From a virus (Duplodnaviria > Caudoviricetes): a DNA stretch of 64,000 bases. Shown here in pieces: positions 8,499-17,254 of the stretch. How positions within the stretch are numbered: position 1 is the first letter of the stretch; each line of letters starts with the position of its first letter. The stretch covers positions 18,623 through 82,622 of the IMG/VR virus record IMGVR_UViG_3300001525_000609. One strand, given 5' to 3'. A program made the position numbers and the translations under genes. The notes below the pieces were generated by a model. It did no database searches. It saw only the letters and a list, made by a program, of their open reading frames with translations, and was not told the origin of the DNA.

Positions 8499-9056
8499 TC
8501 ACTCAGACTCCTCCTCCGCGTGCTCCAGCTTCACAAGCTCGACCGATAAAGATTCGATGAATCTCGCTTCATCTTCATCTCCTGACTTGAGCGCATCGCT
8601 TACAGTCGAAGTATCGACCGAACCAGATTCTGAAAGTGCATCGACAACGAGCAGCTTGTAGAACTTGACCAGCTCTCTGAATGCCTGACGCAGATACGGG
8701 TTGCGCATTGCTTCTTCGACTCTGTCCTTGCCATGGACCTCGATGATGCCCGACATCGCGTCACCGAGGTAGTACTCTGCCGCATCGCCCCATGTCTTAC
8801 CGAGCAACATGAGCCTGTCCATATCCTCAGTGCATTGGGGGCAGAGCAGATTGTATGTCATGTTTCCTTCAACGATCTGCTCGAATGACTTCGGGGGGTC
8901 AGGCGCGAAACTCCATCCGCATGATACGATCATGCACACATTCTTATCATCGCTCAGGCTCTCTCCCATCAGATTCACACCGAATGTGTGGCAATTCGCA
9001 CAAAGGCATGTCTCATCCGTGCTCGTCGTGTAACGCATCATCACCTTTCTTGCCAT
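8499..9056 (-). CDS. Zn-finger hypothetical protein
   Basis: CANC and CPQC motifs; AGGAGGA SD. Confidence 0.6.
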   Translation of the reverse strand: MARKVMMRYTTSTDETCLCANCHTFGVNLMGESLSDDKNVCMIVSCGWSFAPDPPKSFEQIVEGNMTYNLLCPQCTEDMDRLMLLGKTWGDAAEYYLGDAMSGIIEVHGKDRVEEAMRNPYLRQAFRELVKFYKLLVVDALSESGSVDTSTVSDALKSGDEDEARFIESLSVELVKLEHAEEESE

Positions 9057-9057
9057 C

Positions 9058-9528
9058 TTATTCCTCCTTCTTATCATCCATGATGCCCCTTTCGATAGCT
9101 AACGTCGCATTGGCCACTGCAGAGTTTATCGCCAGAAGGTCATCCAGCAAGATATTGGAGTGCTCTGCAAAGCGGTTCTTGATCTCAAGGTCCATGTGGC
9201 CTCTGCCGACAAGCGTGGCCAGGCTCTCGTAGAGGCCGTCTATGCTCGCTAGTATATGTTTGGATTCAGACAGGGCCATGCCTATGGCCACCAGCGATTT
9301 GACTTCCTTAGAGGGGGGCTTGTCTGTGATATGCGCCAGTGTGTCTACGGCTTCATCTATTGCCCCAGATTCCATACCTGCTGCACTCAAGGCCTCGCGT
9401 GCAGATTCTTTCAGAAACTCGAAGAAATCTACACCCTCAGGCAAGCTCTTAGGCAAGGTCTTCTCGCCTACGATCTTGAACTCGTCTTCCGATCTCCTCT
9501 CGGAATTGTTCGGTTCCGTCTTGTCCAT
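9058..9528 (-). CDS. Helical hypothetical protein
   Basis: AGGAG SD; first gene after an AT-rich promoter region. Confidence 0.6.
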   Translation of the reverse strand: MDKTEPNNSERRSEDEFKIVGEKTLPKSLPEGVDFFEFLKESAREALSAAGMESGAIDEAVDTLAHITDKPPSKEVKSLVAIGMALSESKHILASIDGLYESLATLVGRGHMDLEIKNRFAEHSNILLDDLLAINSAVANATLAIERGIMDDKKEE

Positions 9529-9540
9529 AGTTCATTCTCC

Positions 9541-9640
9541 TTGCAACCTATATCAGTTGCAAAAACAAGTATGTTATTGGCGTATATTATACTTTCGTAA
9601 GATAGTGTATAATAATACTACAAAGTAATACAGAATATGA
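9541..9640. promoter_or_regulatory. AT-rich promoter with inverted repeat
   Basis: TTGCAAC-N8-GTTGCAA (9541-9562) and TATAATAATA tracts. Confidence 0.5.
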
Positions 9641-9671
9641 AAACTCCTCGTATTAAGAGGGGGAAGAGGTT

Positions 9672-9833
9672 TCACTCGGGGAACAGCAGATCTATGCGTG
9701 CGGACACGACATCCATCGCGTCGGACAAGCCGTCTGCGGTCGAGCTCCCCTTGATTATCGCATCCTCCATGCGCTCTGCAAGCTCCTCATAAAGAGATTC
9801 CAAGAGCACACGGATGTTGTCTGAGCAGTCCAT
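9672..9833 (-). CDS. Small acidic protein (53 aa)
   Basis: Hand translation MDCSDNIRVLLESLYEELAERME... Confidence 0.4.
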   Translation of the reverse strand: MDCSDNIRVLLESLYEELAERMEDAIIKGSSTADGLSDAMDVVSARIDLLFPE

Positions 9834-9877
9834 GGTATCTCAATGTCAATCTGTCTTTGTTTGACTTTCGTTGTCTT

Positions 9878-10594
9878 TCACAGGTTGCCTGCGCCCTCGT
9901 ATGCGTCGCGCAGCTCTTTGAGCGTCGGCTCCTTGCCGCACGTCTTCTTCTCCGGGCAATAGCCCAGGGCCCCGCACTGCGGGCCGAAGAGCTTGTCCAG
10001 CGTGTAGATGCCGTAGTGATGGAGCGCCATCTTGACGAGCTTGCTCATGCAGACCGCGACGCCTCCGATCTCCCCCTGCGCCCTGTTGCACAGCCTGAGC
10101 TGGCAGATATGGGCGCATTCGCGGAGGTTCATGCTGACGACCATGTTGGTGCAGCATGCGTTGGGCAGGACGGCCCGGGCATCCTCCATGGGAATGTCTT
10201 GCAGCTTCGTCATCGCCTCATACAGCTCTGAGGTCTGCGACATGTAGGTGTCGAAGACCTCCTCCATGCCCCCTTCGTCCGCCCACCTTATCGACTCGGG
10301 CGTGGCATAGGCGAAGCCGTCCATGCTCACGTAACGCTGGCTCTGCTGGCTGACCGTTATCAGGCGATGCCTGACGAGCTGGTGCGAGCATACCCTGGAG
10401 ATGCCCTCGATGCTGAAAGCGACGTGGATATGCTCCAGTATGGAGAGATGCCCGGACAGACACGCCGCTTCCAGCGCCCTTGTCGAGTCGTTCATCTCGG
10501 GCATCTCGGCGGACGTGCAGCACCTCGCCGCCAGGTCCGCCGCATAGGGTGGGCTCATGTAGAGCATCTTGACGACCATGCCTCTGCCGCCCAT
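9878..10594 (-). CDS. thyX: FAD-dependent thymidylate synthase
   Basis: GHLSILEH, QLVRHRLITVSQQSQRY, ARAVLPN, MNLRE and RLC.RAQ.EI motifs. Confidence 0.95.
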   Translation of the reverse strand: MGGRGMVVKMLYMSPPYAADLAARCCTSAEMPEMNDSTRALEAACLSGHLSILEHIHVAFSIEGISRVCSHQLVRHRLITVSQQSQRYVSMDGFAYATPESIRWADEGGMEEVFDTYMSQTSELYEAMTKLQDIPMEDARAVLPNACCTNMVVSMNLRECAHICQLRLCNRAQGEIGGVAVCMSKLVKMALHHYGIYTLDKLFGPQCGALGYCPEKKTCGKEPTLKELRDAYEGAGNL

Positions 10595-10595
10595 C

Positions 10596-10787
10596 TTACC
10601 ACTTCCTTATCAGGCCGCTATCGCAACCGAAGAACTGGCAGAACTCTTCATACGCAGTCTCCCAAGAATGCCAGGTGTAATCGCTCACACGGCTGTCTTC
10701 GGGGTCATGCCAAGGGTCATCCCAGCCGGCACACCATTTGTTCTCCATATATGGGTTCGGGAATAAGAGATCGAGCAGGCGGCTCAT
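10596..10787 (-). CDS. Small Trp-rich protein
   Basis: ATGA overlap; 63 aa. Confidence 0.5.
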   Translation of the reverse strand: MSRLLDLLFPNPYMENKWCAGWDDPWHDPEDSRVSDYTWHSWETAYEEFCQFFGCDSGLIRKW

Positions 10788-11173
10788 TCTTCCACCTCCA
10801 CCCACATGCCCTCTATCTCCCCAGCATACAAGGGAGGCTCCACCCACACGCTGTCCTCGTATGAGTACACGAGCCCATACTCGGCATCTATCCTGTATAT
10901 GTCCTTGGACCCGACAGGGCTCATGACCTTGCCCTTGGCCATCATGCCGATGGCCTGGCAGAACGTGTGCTTCTCTGCAGGCGTGCTTGCCATAGCCTCC
11001 TCGTCCCATATCAGCTCGTGAGTGGTGTCGCCGCCGAGCCAGTCGCCGAAGTCGCTGCCCATGACCTGCATGGCGCCGCCTTCGAGCCTGTATCCGACGT
11101 CGTCCTGCCAGACCTCCTTCCCTGCGAGCAGAGCCTCCATCTTCTCTTTCGCTGTGTTCGCTTCCGTTATCAT
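10784..11173 (-). CDS. Two-repeat protein with a remote Tad2-like signature
   Basis: MEALLAGKEVW... and TFCQAIGMMAKGKVM...EIEGMW. Confidence 0.5.
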   Translation of the reverse strand: MITEANTAKEKMEALLAGKEVWQDDVGYRLEGGAMQVMGSDFGDWLGGDTTHELIWDEEAMASTPAEKHTFCQAIGMMAKGKVMSPVGSKDIYRIDAEYGLVYSYEDSVWVEPPLYAGEIEGMWVEVEE

Positions 11174-11208
11174 TCTAATTCCTCCTCCTCTTCAGTCGCT
11201 TTAAATCC

Positions 11209-11541
11209 CTAACATTTCAGCTCTTGTTTATATCTGCGTCTTGCTTCCTTCTGGCATATATCTCTACATTCGGGACAAACGAGCCAATCCATATATGCAG
11301 GGCCGAGCTTTACGAATCTGTCTCTGGCATCAGGCCTGAGCATAGTGCGCCACCCTAGTCCAGCAAGACCCTTTACGTCTGATCTCACATGAATGGAAGA
11401 CTCGTCACGAGTCGCATCGTCGAATACCCGAGGCATATCGGACGATACGACCGTCAGAGTCATGGCCTGTTCTTTACCGCACCTGTCACAGACGACGTGA
11501 CAGGAAATAGTGTTCTCTTCTCCATCGAATCTTAGTGTCAT
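11209..11541 (-). CDS. CxxC-GW-CPxC Zn-binding protein (TAG stop, possible read-through to 11170)
   Basis: CDRCG...GW...CPEC; paralogous to 15518 and 16200. Confidence 0.6.
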   Translation of the reverse strand: MTLRFDGEENTISCHVVCDRCGKEQAMTLTVVSSDMPRVFDDATRDESSIHVRSDVKGLAGLGWRTMLRPDARDRFVKLGPAYMDWLVCPECRDICQKEARRRYKQELKC

Positions 11542-11825
11542 TCATTATCCCCTGCCCCGTCTGTATCATCCTTCGGCAGCATCCCGTTCTCCTCTGCAAG
11601 CTTCTTGATCTCCTCCAAGAACAGGCGGTTGTACTCCGCCCAATCCGGTATATCCGAATCCGCCATGACAGGCACGCGCCCTGTTCTCTCCATCAATATG
11701 CATATGCACCGCGAGCATATGGCGCATTTGGAACCATTGTCCAGGGGAATCCCTGCATCAGGCATCGTCTTTGCACCGCAGGTTATGCACTTGGGGCAAT
11801 CTTTCGGATCGAATGTGTCTTTCAT
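11538..11825 (-). CDS. Zn-finger protein
   Basis: CPKCITCG...CAICSRC. Confidence 0.55.
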   Translation of the reverse strand: MKDTFDPKDCPKCITCGAKTMPDAGIPLDNGSKCAICSRCICILMERTGRVPVMADSDIPDWAEYNRLFLEEIKKLAEENGMLPKDDTDGAGDNE

Positions 11826-11844
11826 CTTTCAGCCTCCTTCATCC

Positions 11845-12027
11845 TCAATCTTTCATATATGAATATTCGAGGTCGTCGGGCGCCTTGCATCCCAGCTCCT
11901 CTTCAAGCTCCTTTATCTTCCTCTCTGCATCAGGAGGACATGTGAACATGCCCACCATCCCTTCTCCTTTGCAGTTGAATCTGGGGTCTGCCTTGCTGCG
12001 GAGCCACCAGCAGCCTTTCGCCATCAT
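11845..12027 (-). CDS. Small Cys-containing protein
   Basis: ATGA overlap with the wHTH gene. Confidence 0.45.
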   Translation of the reverse strand: MMAKGCWWLRSKADPRFNCKGEGMVGMFTCPPDAERKIKELEEELGCKAPDDLEYSYMKD

Positions 12028-12236
12028 ATCGTCTTCCACCTGCGCATCCTTTCGGAAGGGTCCACCATCTTCACCCTTCCGTTGTTCGATAGTTTCATGA
12101 CACAGCCTTTCACTCTGTTGCAAGAGAGGCCCGTTTCATTGCTGATCTCGGCCACGGATATGCCGTCTCCATGCATTTTCATGCACTCGTACACAGTCAC
12201 ACAATCGCCTTTCGTGAAAGTATACTGCCCGCTCAC
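12024..12236 (-). CDS. Winged-helix DNA-binding protein
   Basis: GISVAEISNETGLSCNRVKGCVMKLSNNGRV; GTG start with GTGA overlap. Confidence 0.7.
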   Translation of the reverse strand: MSGQYTFTKGDCVTVYECMKMHGDGISVAEISNETGLSCNRVKGCVMKLSNNGRVKMVDPSERMRRWKTI

Positions 12237-12520
12237 ATCCTCCACCCCACAGGAGCCTTCAGGCATCTCTCAGCCTCCGATTTCTGCGCTTCGCTCATGT
12301 AGTCGGGGAACATGTTGTAGATAAGGAGCAGGATGTGCTCGATATCATGCAGGCGCTTGGTCTCCATGAGCCTGAACACTTCATAGAACCCTTCCGAATG
12401 CTCGCACTTGTCATTAGCCTGAGCTTCATCCAAGTCCTCTATGTCCTCAAGCCTTGTATTCTTGATCTCAACCAGCATATCCCATATGCCGTCGATCGCT
12501 TCCTTGGTCTCATTGTTCAT
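12233..12520 (-). CDS. Hypothetical protein
   Basis: GAGGA SD; coupled within the operon. Confidence 0.55.
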   Translation of the reverse strand: MNNETKEAIDGIWDMLVEIKNTRLEDIEDLDEAQANDKCEHSEGFYEVFRLMETKRLHDIEHILLLIYNMFPDYMSEAQKSEAERCLKAPVGWRM

Positions 12521-12854
12521 CCTTATTCCTCCTGACTGCCCAGATCTGCTTCTCCTTCCCCGTATCTATCTCAGAGACACATCTTGCAAGAGCATCTTGA
12601 CACGTCTTCAGGCTGGCCATCGCCGAGTCATCCATCTTCCTGATCTCGGCATTGCGTCGGTCCTGATTGTCTATCTCGTCAGCCAGCACCTTGTCCAGAT
12701 TATCCAGCGCGATGCGCGCCATCTTCACGGCCCTCTGCGCTTGCCTGTATTGATGATAAGCACAGTCGCACTTCGCCTGATTCGCATACTTTTCAAGGGC
12801 CATGGCATACGAATCTGCCAGGACCATATTCTTAGCAGTGTCATTATCGCTCAC
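12510..12854 (-). CDS. Coiled-coil hypothetical protein
   Basis: Heptad-rich helical sequence. Confidence 0.55.
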   Translation of the reverse strand: MSDNDTAKNMVLADSYAMALEKYANQAKCDCAYHQYRQAQRAVKMARIALDNLDKVLADEIDNQDRRNAEIRKMDDSAMASLKTCQDALARCVSEIDTGKEKQIWAVRRNKDEQ

Positions 12855-12857
12855 TCT

Positions 12858-13430
12858 TCATTCCTCCTTCTTGCTGTCTCTGTACTCCTGCACGAAGTCA
12901 CGCACCAGCACGCATTCTGCGCAGACCCGGAAGCTCCCTCCGTCGAACACGAACCTGTCTTTCTGCTTGTCTGTCATAGCGTTCCACTCCGTCTCCATGA
13001 AGTCCAGCGCATCGCCTATGCCTTCTGCCATGAAGGTGAGCTGGCTCGGAGGCGGGCATCCCAGCAGATGTGCAGGGGTGTCCGTGATGTCGGAGATGTC
13101 GGGCATGTCGACGAAACGGGTCTCCACACAGCTGTAACGGGCCTGGTGGATGTTCATCCCCTCATCCATCTTCCTCTGGATGTCGTCATAGGCATAGTCC
13201 TTGACCAGCCTGCTCCCGTCCATGAGGAAGAATATCGGGTATGCGCCCTGGAAGCACTTGTACTCGTCCCAGCTCATTCTGTCGTCCATGAGCCCTGCCA
13301 CGTCGGCATCGTCGTACATCTTCTGCGCGATCTCAATCGCTTCCTCGTCGGAGCCTGCATCGATGGGCCGCTCCATTGCACTCCACGCGGGTGCTCCGCA
13401 CTTGTTCTTTATCACTCTGTATCCTTTCAT
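12858..13430 (-). CDS. Two-repeat protein of a paralogous A..W..T..K..F.V family
   Basis: ALDFMETEWNAMTDKQKDRFVFDGGSFRV. Confidence 0.6.
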   Translation of the reverse strand: MKGYRVIKNKCGAPAWSAMERPIDAGSDEEAIEIAQKMYDDADVAGLMDDRMSWDEYKCFQGAYPIFFLMDGSRLVKDYAYDDIQRKMDEGMNIHQARYSCVETRFVDMPDISDITDTPAHLLGCPPPSQLTFMAEGIGDALDFMETEWNAMTDKQKDRFVFDGGSFRVCAECVLVRDFVQEYRDSKKEE

Positions 13431-13433
13431 CTT

Positions 13434-13793
13434 TCACTCCTCCTCGTCTTCATCTTCTTCATCATCCAGGTCGAACGGTATGTCGTGGAAAGGCACATAC
13501 CCCAGGCCTGTGTTGATGCACTTCCCGTCGCCGAACGTCACCGCAGGCTCGCCCTTGCGGTAGTCGAACACGTTGAACTGCGTCTTGTAGTACTCCTCCA
13601 TGGCGTCCAGCTTGCGCAGGGCCTCGTCCTGCCGTGCCTTGAACGGCGCCATGCCCATGGCCTCCCTGACCTTGTCTATGGGATAGCCGTATAAGTTGAG
13701 CTCTGACCCGTAAGGCGGGACGTAGTCGGGAGCTATGGGCTCGCCCGGCTTCCTCTCGGCCATGCGCTTGGCTATCCAATCCTCGGCTCTCAT
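13434..13793 (-). CDS. Hypothetical protein with acidic tail
   Basis: ATGA overlap. Confidence 0.55.
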   Translation of the reverse strand: MRAEDWIAKRMAERKPGEPIAPDYVPPYGSELNLYGYPIDKVREAMGMAPFKARQDEALRKLDAMEEYYKTQFNVFDYRKGEPAVTFGDGKCINTGLGYVPFHDIPFDLDDEEDEDEEE

Positions 13794-14665
13794 TCCTCTT
13801 CATCTCCATTATCATCCGTCTCGCAATCCAGATCCGTCTCGCCCGAAACTTCGTTCAGAATATCTGCAACGACTGCGCCATCTCTCGTATCGTATACGCA
13901 GAACGCGCAATCGTCAGCCTTGTAATTGTCCTTGTTGAACGGGTCCATCTTCTCCCAGAGCCATCTAGCGAACCCTATGCTGTCCTCGGCATCGTTGCCC
14001 AGCCTGAGAGGTTGCGCATGGAGCTGATCGGCCATGTACGGGTTGGCGACGAGCATGAACCTCACTCCGTCGAACACGTCCAGGATGCGCCTGTGGTCGG
14101 CCGCCAGCGATTCGAGCAGGTCATAGAGCTTCTCCCTGCCCTCCCTGTGTATGCGCACCTGCATCGCTTCGATGCTCGACAGCGTCTTCCTCAGGTGCTC
14201 TTCAAGCAGCGCCTTCGCATCGCCTTCTTCATATACGCCCTGCTCGATGCCGTGGGCTTCGGTCAGCATATCGAATGCGACCTCATCCTTCAGGACATCG
14301 TATAGGCCGAACACGCCTGAATCTGAGCGCATGCATCTTTCCTTGTACTCGTCGCTCTGATCGGCCCATGCCTCTCTCGTGAACATGATGCTCTCGTCCA
14401 AGGGCGCATGAGTGGCGATCATCGACACGTCGGCAGGACATGGGGCAAGAGGCGGGTATGCCACAAGGACATACCTCCTGTCGGAGCACATGCTGTATGT
14501 CGTGCGAACGCGCAGGAGGAGCTTCCTGAAGTCCCTCTGCATAGGCGTGCCTATGGCGTAATGGGCGTACAGGTTGTCCGCGATAGTGGCCATGCACGCC
14601 GCGAGATGCTCTATCCTCTCACGCTCCTGAACGTCGATGTTCCTTGTTGATGCCGTATGCTTCAT
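13790..14665 (-). CDS. Two-repeat protein of the same paralogous family as 12858 and 19019
   Basis: SIMFTREAW...GVFGLYD and SIGFARWLW...AFCVYD internal repeats. Confidence 0.6.
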   Translation of the reverse strand: MKHTASTRNIDVQERERIEHLAACMATIADNLYAHYAIGTPMQRDFRKLLLRVRTTYSMCSDRRYVLVAYPPLAPCPADVSMIATHAPLDESIMFTREAWADQSDEYKERCMRSDSGVFGLYDVLKDEVAFDMLTEAHGIEQGVYEEGDAKALLEEHLRKTLSSIEAMQVRIHREGREKLYDLLESLAADHRRILDVFDGVRFMLVANPYMADQLHAQPLRLGNDAEDSIGFARWLWEKMDPFNKDNYKADDCAFCVYDTRDGAVVADILNEVSGETDLDCETDDNGDEEE

Positions 14666-15147
14666 CGCTCTGCCTCCTTCTGTTTGCTAAGATCGTCCCA
14701 ATGTCCCTCCATGATGTCTTCGCGCTTTAAGCTCTTCATGATGACCTGCGTCGAGGACGGTATGCCCGGCACCCGGCGGATTATTACGAGCTTGCAGCCT
14801 GTGCCGTAAGCAGTCAGGCGCTTCGCCCTCTCCATGACGTCGAACTCGTTCGTGCATACAAGCGTGTCTGTCTTGTCCACAGCGGGAAGCGGGTCGGGCA
14901 TGGGGTCGACGCGGAACTGGTCGTCGTCCAGCCCGCAGCGCTTCAAGAACCTGCGGACGTCTCCCGCACGCCAGTCATACGGGCGGACGGGGACTGCCTT
15001 GCACGCGGTCTCCTTAGACTGGTCGCGCGTGACGTAGACCTGGAGGTGCCTGAAGCCCTCCATCTGGTCTATCGCCGCTTTCAAGAGCTTCTCGTGCCCT
15101 TTCGTCAGGACGTTGAACGTCCCCGCTGCATACACTGTGAATGTCAT
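14662..15147 (-). CDS. coaD: HxGH-family nucleotidyltransferase, phosphopantetheine adenylyltransferase-like
   Basis: GTFNVLTKGHEKLL, VRPYDWR and IPSSTQV motifs. Substrate is not certain. Confidence 0.7.
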   Translation of the reverse strand: MTFTVYAAGTFNVLTKGHEKLLKAAIDQMEGFRHLQVYVTRDQSKETACKAVPVRPYDWRAGDVRRFLKRCGLDDDQFRVDPMPDPLPAVDKTDTLVCTNEFDVMERAKRLTAYGTGCKLVIIRRVPGIPSSTQVIMKSLKREDIMEGHWDDLSKQKEAER

Positions 15148-15521
15148 GCCATCACCGTTGTGATGATCGCCATCTCGACGATCTGCGCCATGTGGATGCT
15201 CTGGTCCGCTATGAGCCCTATCCTGAAGCTGTTGCACTTGAGGTGGTCGATGCCCGCATGGACGAGGCCGTTGGCGGCGACCATGATGAAGAACCACCAG
15301 CCCACGTCCAAGCCTGTGGCCGCCAGCAGCGGGAGCGAGACCAGGACAGACCATTCCATGCCGTGCAGGAGGATGACAGGGATATAGTCGTCCTTGTACC
15401 TGGAGGGAGCATTGGACTTCCACCATGACCTCTGCTTCATGTCCGCCATCCTGCCCTGGAGGTGGAAGTCCTCGATGACGTGCATGGCGAGCATGAGCAG
15501 GAATATGAGAGGCCAGCTCAT
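15144..15521 (-). CDS. DUF3307 membrane protein
   Basis: HVIEDFHLQ, LHG, HAGIDHLK and ADQSIH motifs. Confidence 0.85.
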   Translation of the reverse strand: MSWPLIFLLMLAMHVIEDFHLQGRMADMKQRSWWKSNAPSRYKDDYIPVILLHGMEWSVLVSLPLLAATGLDVGWWFFIMVAANGLVHAGIDHLKCNSFRIGLIADQSIHMAQIVEMAIITTVMA

Positions 15522-15787
15522 CCAGTCTCCTCCTTCGCGCAGCCGGGGCAGAATGCGAACCATGCATCCCGACGGAACTTGCCGAATGTCGGGTGCATAT
15601 CTATCTTCCACCCATCATCTGCGGCGGAGCTCGCAGAAGGGTCGAGCGGCAGCAACGCCTTACGTCTGTACGTGAACTCTATCCAGTTGAGTGTGCAACC
15701 GCCCTGGCTGTAAGGTATCGTGGTCTCAACTTTCTTGCCGCACTTGTCGCATGTCAATGTGGCGGGAATGTTCAGGACGATGGTCAT
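15518..15787 (-). CDS. CxxC-GW-CPxC Zn-binding protein
   Basis: CDKCG...DGW...FCPGC. Confidence 0.6.
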   Translation of the reverse strand: MTIVLNIPATLTCDKCGKKVETTIPYSQGGCTLNWIEFTYRRKALLPLDPSASSAADDGWKIDMHPTFGKFRRDAWFAFCPGCAKEETG

Positions 15788-16191
15788 CCCTTCGCCTCCC
15801 ATGCGCACAAAAATTCTTGCAACCCCTCGATGATGCGACTAAGGTTGCGCTTATCCACGATGACGGCCGCCTGTCTCATGTTGTCATCTTCCAGGGCAAG
15901 GAAGGCATAATCTGCGGGGCGGACTAAAGCAGGGCGGATCCTCAATATCCCCGTCGAGGTGAAGCCGATATGTTCTGTGCACAGATGGATGACTTTGCCC
16001 GCCTCATTGCCCGAACATCCCCCCTCGGCTCTTTCCCCCTTGTCGAACGAGCTGCCATGCCTAGCGGGGTCGTGATACTGGAGGATCCTCGTCTTGTTGA
16101 ACTCTTCTCTATGAGCATTCACATGCTCTTCGCATATGCGCAATATCCGTGCGTCTTCCTGTTCTTTAGTCAATCTTTCCGATGCCATCAT
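15784..16191 (-). CDS. Hypothetical protein
   Basis: GGAGAGGAG SD; C-terminus paralogous to 7696. Confidence 0.55.
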   Translation of the reverse strand: MMASERLTKEQEDARILRICEEHVNAHREEFNKTRILQYHDPARHGSSFDKGERAEGGCSGNEAGKVIHLCTEHIGFTSTGILRIRPALVRPADYAFLALEDDNMRQAAVIVDKRNLSRIIEGLQEFLCAWEAKG

Positions 16192-16199
16192 CTCCTCTC

Positions 16200-16631
16200 C
16201 TAACGGATCAGACTCCTTTTCAATCTCAGATCCCTCAGCTCGCCTTCCATCACATCGATACGATGGTCCAGTTCGCACCCGTCATCGGCATCGCGTATCA
16301 TCTTCTCGATGGTCGCGATCCTCGCGTTGCATACAGGGCACTGGTAGCCCCATCTGCGTATACGCCAGCCTTCGTCATCGACGATCCTCTTCTCGAACAC
16401 TTCGGACAGGTCGTTCCACCCGCGCGCATCGGCATTCATGTCGAGGCTGACAGCCAGCTCCCCTCTGCACTCCGAGCAGGTTATGGTGAACTCCACAGAC
16501 GCCCTGCACTTGCCGGGGTCGTGCAGCATGCACATCTCCTCGTTCCACCTGGCCATCTTGAACCTCTCGTTATCGTTGATGAGCCTCCTCGCCAGCTCCT
16601 TCACTTCATCATCTTCAGTCATCTGCATCAT
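16200..16631 (-). CDS. Zn-binding protein (TAG stop, possible read-through to 16188)
   Basis: CSEC...EGW...QCPVC. Confidence 0.6.
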   Translation of the reverse strand: MMQMTEDDEVKELARRLINDNERFKMARWNEEMCMLHDPGKCRASVEFTITCSECRGELAVSLDMNADARGWNDLSEVFEKRIVDDEGWRIRRWGYQCPVCNARIATIEKMIRDADDGCELDHRIDVMEGELRDLRLKRSLIR

Positions 16632-17004
16632 TCTCCTTCTCCTCCGAGACGATCATCTTCACAGACGTCAACGGCACAGCGACCTTGCGGCCATTTGCGT
16701 CCCTGAGATCTCCCATGATGTCGAGGCTCTTGCCATAATAGAGCCTTTGCCTGATGACAGAGTCCATGTCGTGCCCTTCGCCTCTCAGCACCTCGCCATC
16801 GGCGAGCACCACCTTGACGCGGTATCTCGCCCTGTTCTCAGCATCGATGACGTTCGCAGACTTGGCAGCATCGATCAGCTCGGTCAGCTGGTGTTGGGCA
16901 TTCGCAGCCAGCCTTTTGCATGCTATCTCTCCTTCGGACGATATCGCTTCGTCCAATTTCGAACAGACGTTTTCCATCTCCCATATCAAATGCTCAGATA
17001 TCAT
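16615..17004 (-). CDS. Hypothetical protein
   Basis: ATGA overlap; AAGGAG SD. Confidence 0.55.
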   Translation of the reverse strand: MISEHLIWEMENVCSKLDEAISSEGEIACKRLAANAQHQLTELIDAAKSANVIDAENRARYRVKVVLADGEVLRGEGHDMDSVIRQRLYYGKSLDIMGDLRDANGRKVAVPLTSVKMIVSEEKENDADD

Positions 17005-17180
17005 TCTCCTTCCTCCTTCTTAAGCACGGCCGCCTTGCCCGGATTGGCCATGGCGCCGAGCACCATCCTTATGAGCGTGTCCGCAGGGCCCAGGTCCACC
17101 ACATACGTGTTCGGGACAGGCCCTTTCTTCACATTGTCCGCAGGCAGGCGGATGTAGATATGATCTTTTTCTTCAGCCAT
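17001..17180 (-). CDS. Small hypothetical protein
   Basis: GGAGGTG SD. Confidence 0.55.
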   Translation of the reverse strand: MAEEKDHIYIRLPADNVKKGPVPNTYVVDLGPADTLIRMVLGAMANPGKAAVLKKEEGE

Positions 17181-17182
17181 GT

Positions 17183-17254
17183 TCACACCTCCATGCCGAT
17201 GCCGGAGAACAGCTCTGTCACGCGGTACGGCTTCTGTGCATCAATCGTCATCAT
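17183..17254 (-). pseudogene. 23-codon remnant of a C5-MTase N-terminus
   Basis: Hand translation MMTIDAQKPYRVTELFSGIGMEV*, with motif I (ELFSGIG) and a GGGAAGGT SD. Confidence 0.6.

Noticed and set aside
8420-8502. Possible third TAG read-through mini-ORF (VTWCGHDPDGERP*TEEE...)
   Set aside because: Very short, overlaps a better gene in another frame, and has no supporting motif.
12441-13694. 417-aa plus-strand ORF
   Set aside because: Antisense shadow of coupled minus-strand genes; no SD or motif.
14662-15147. TxGH instead of HxGH as a sign of a dead enzyme
   Set aside because: TxGH is normal in active CoaD enzymes.
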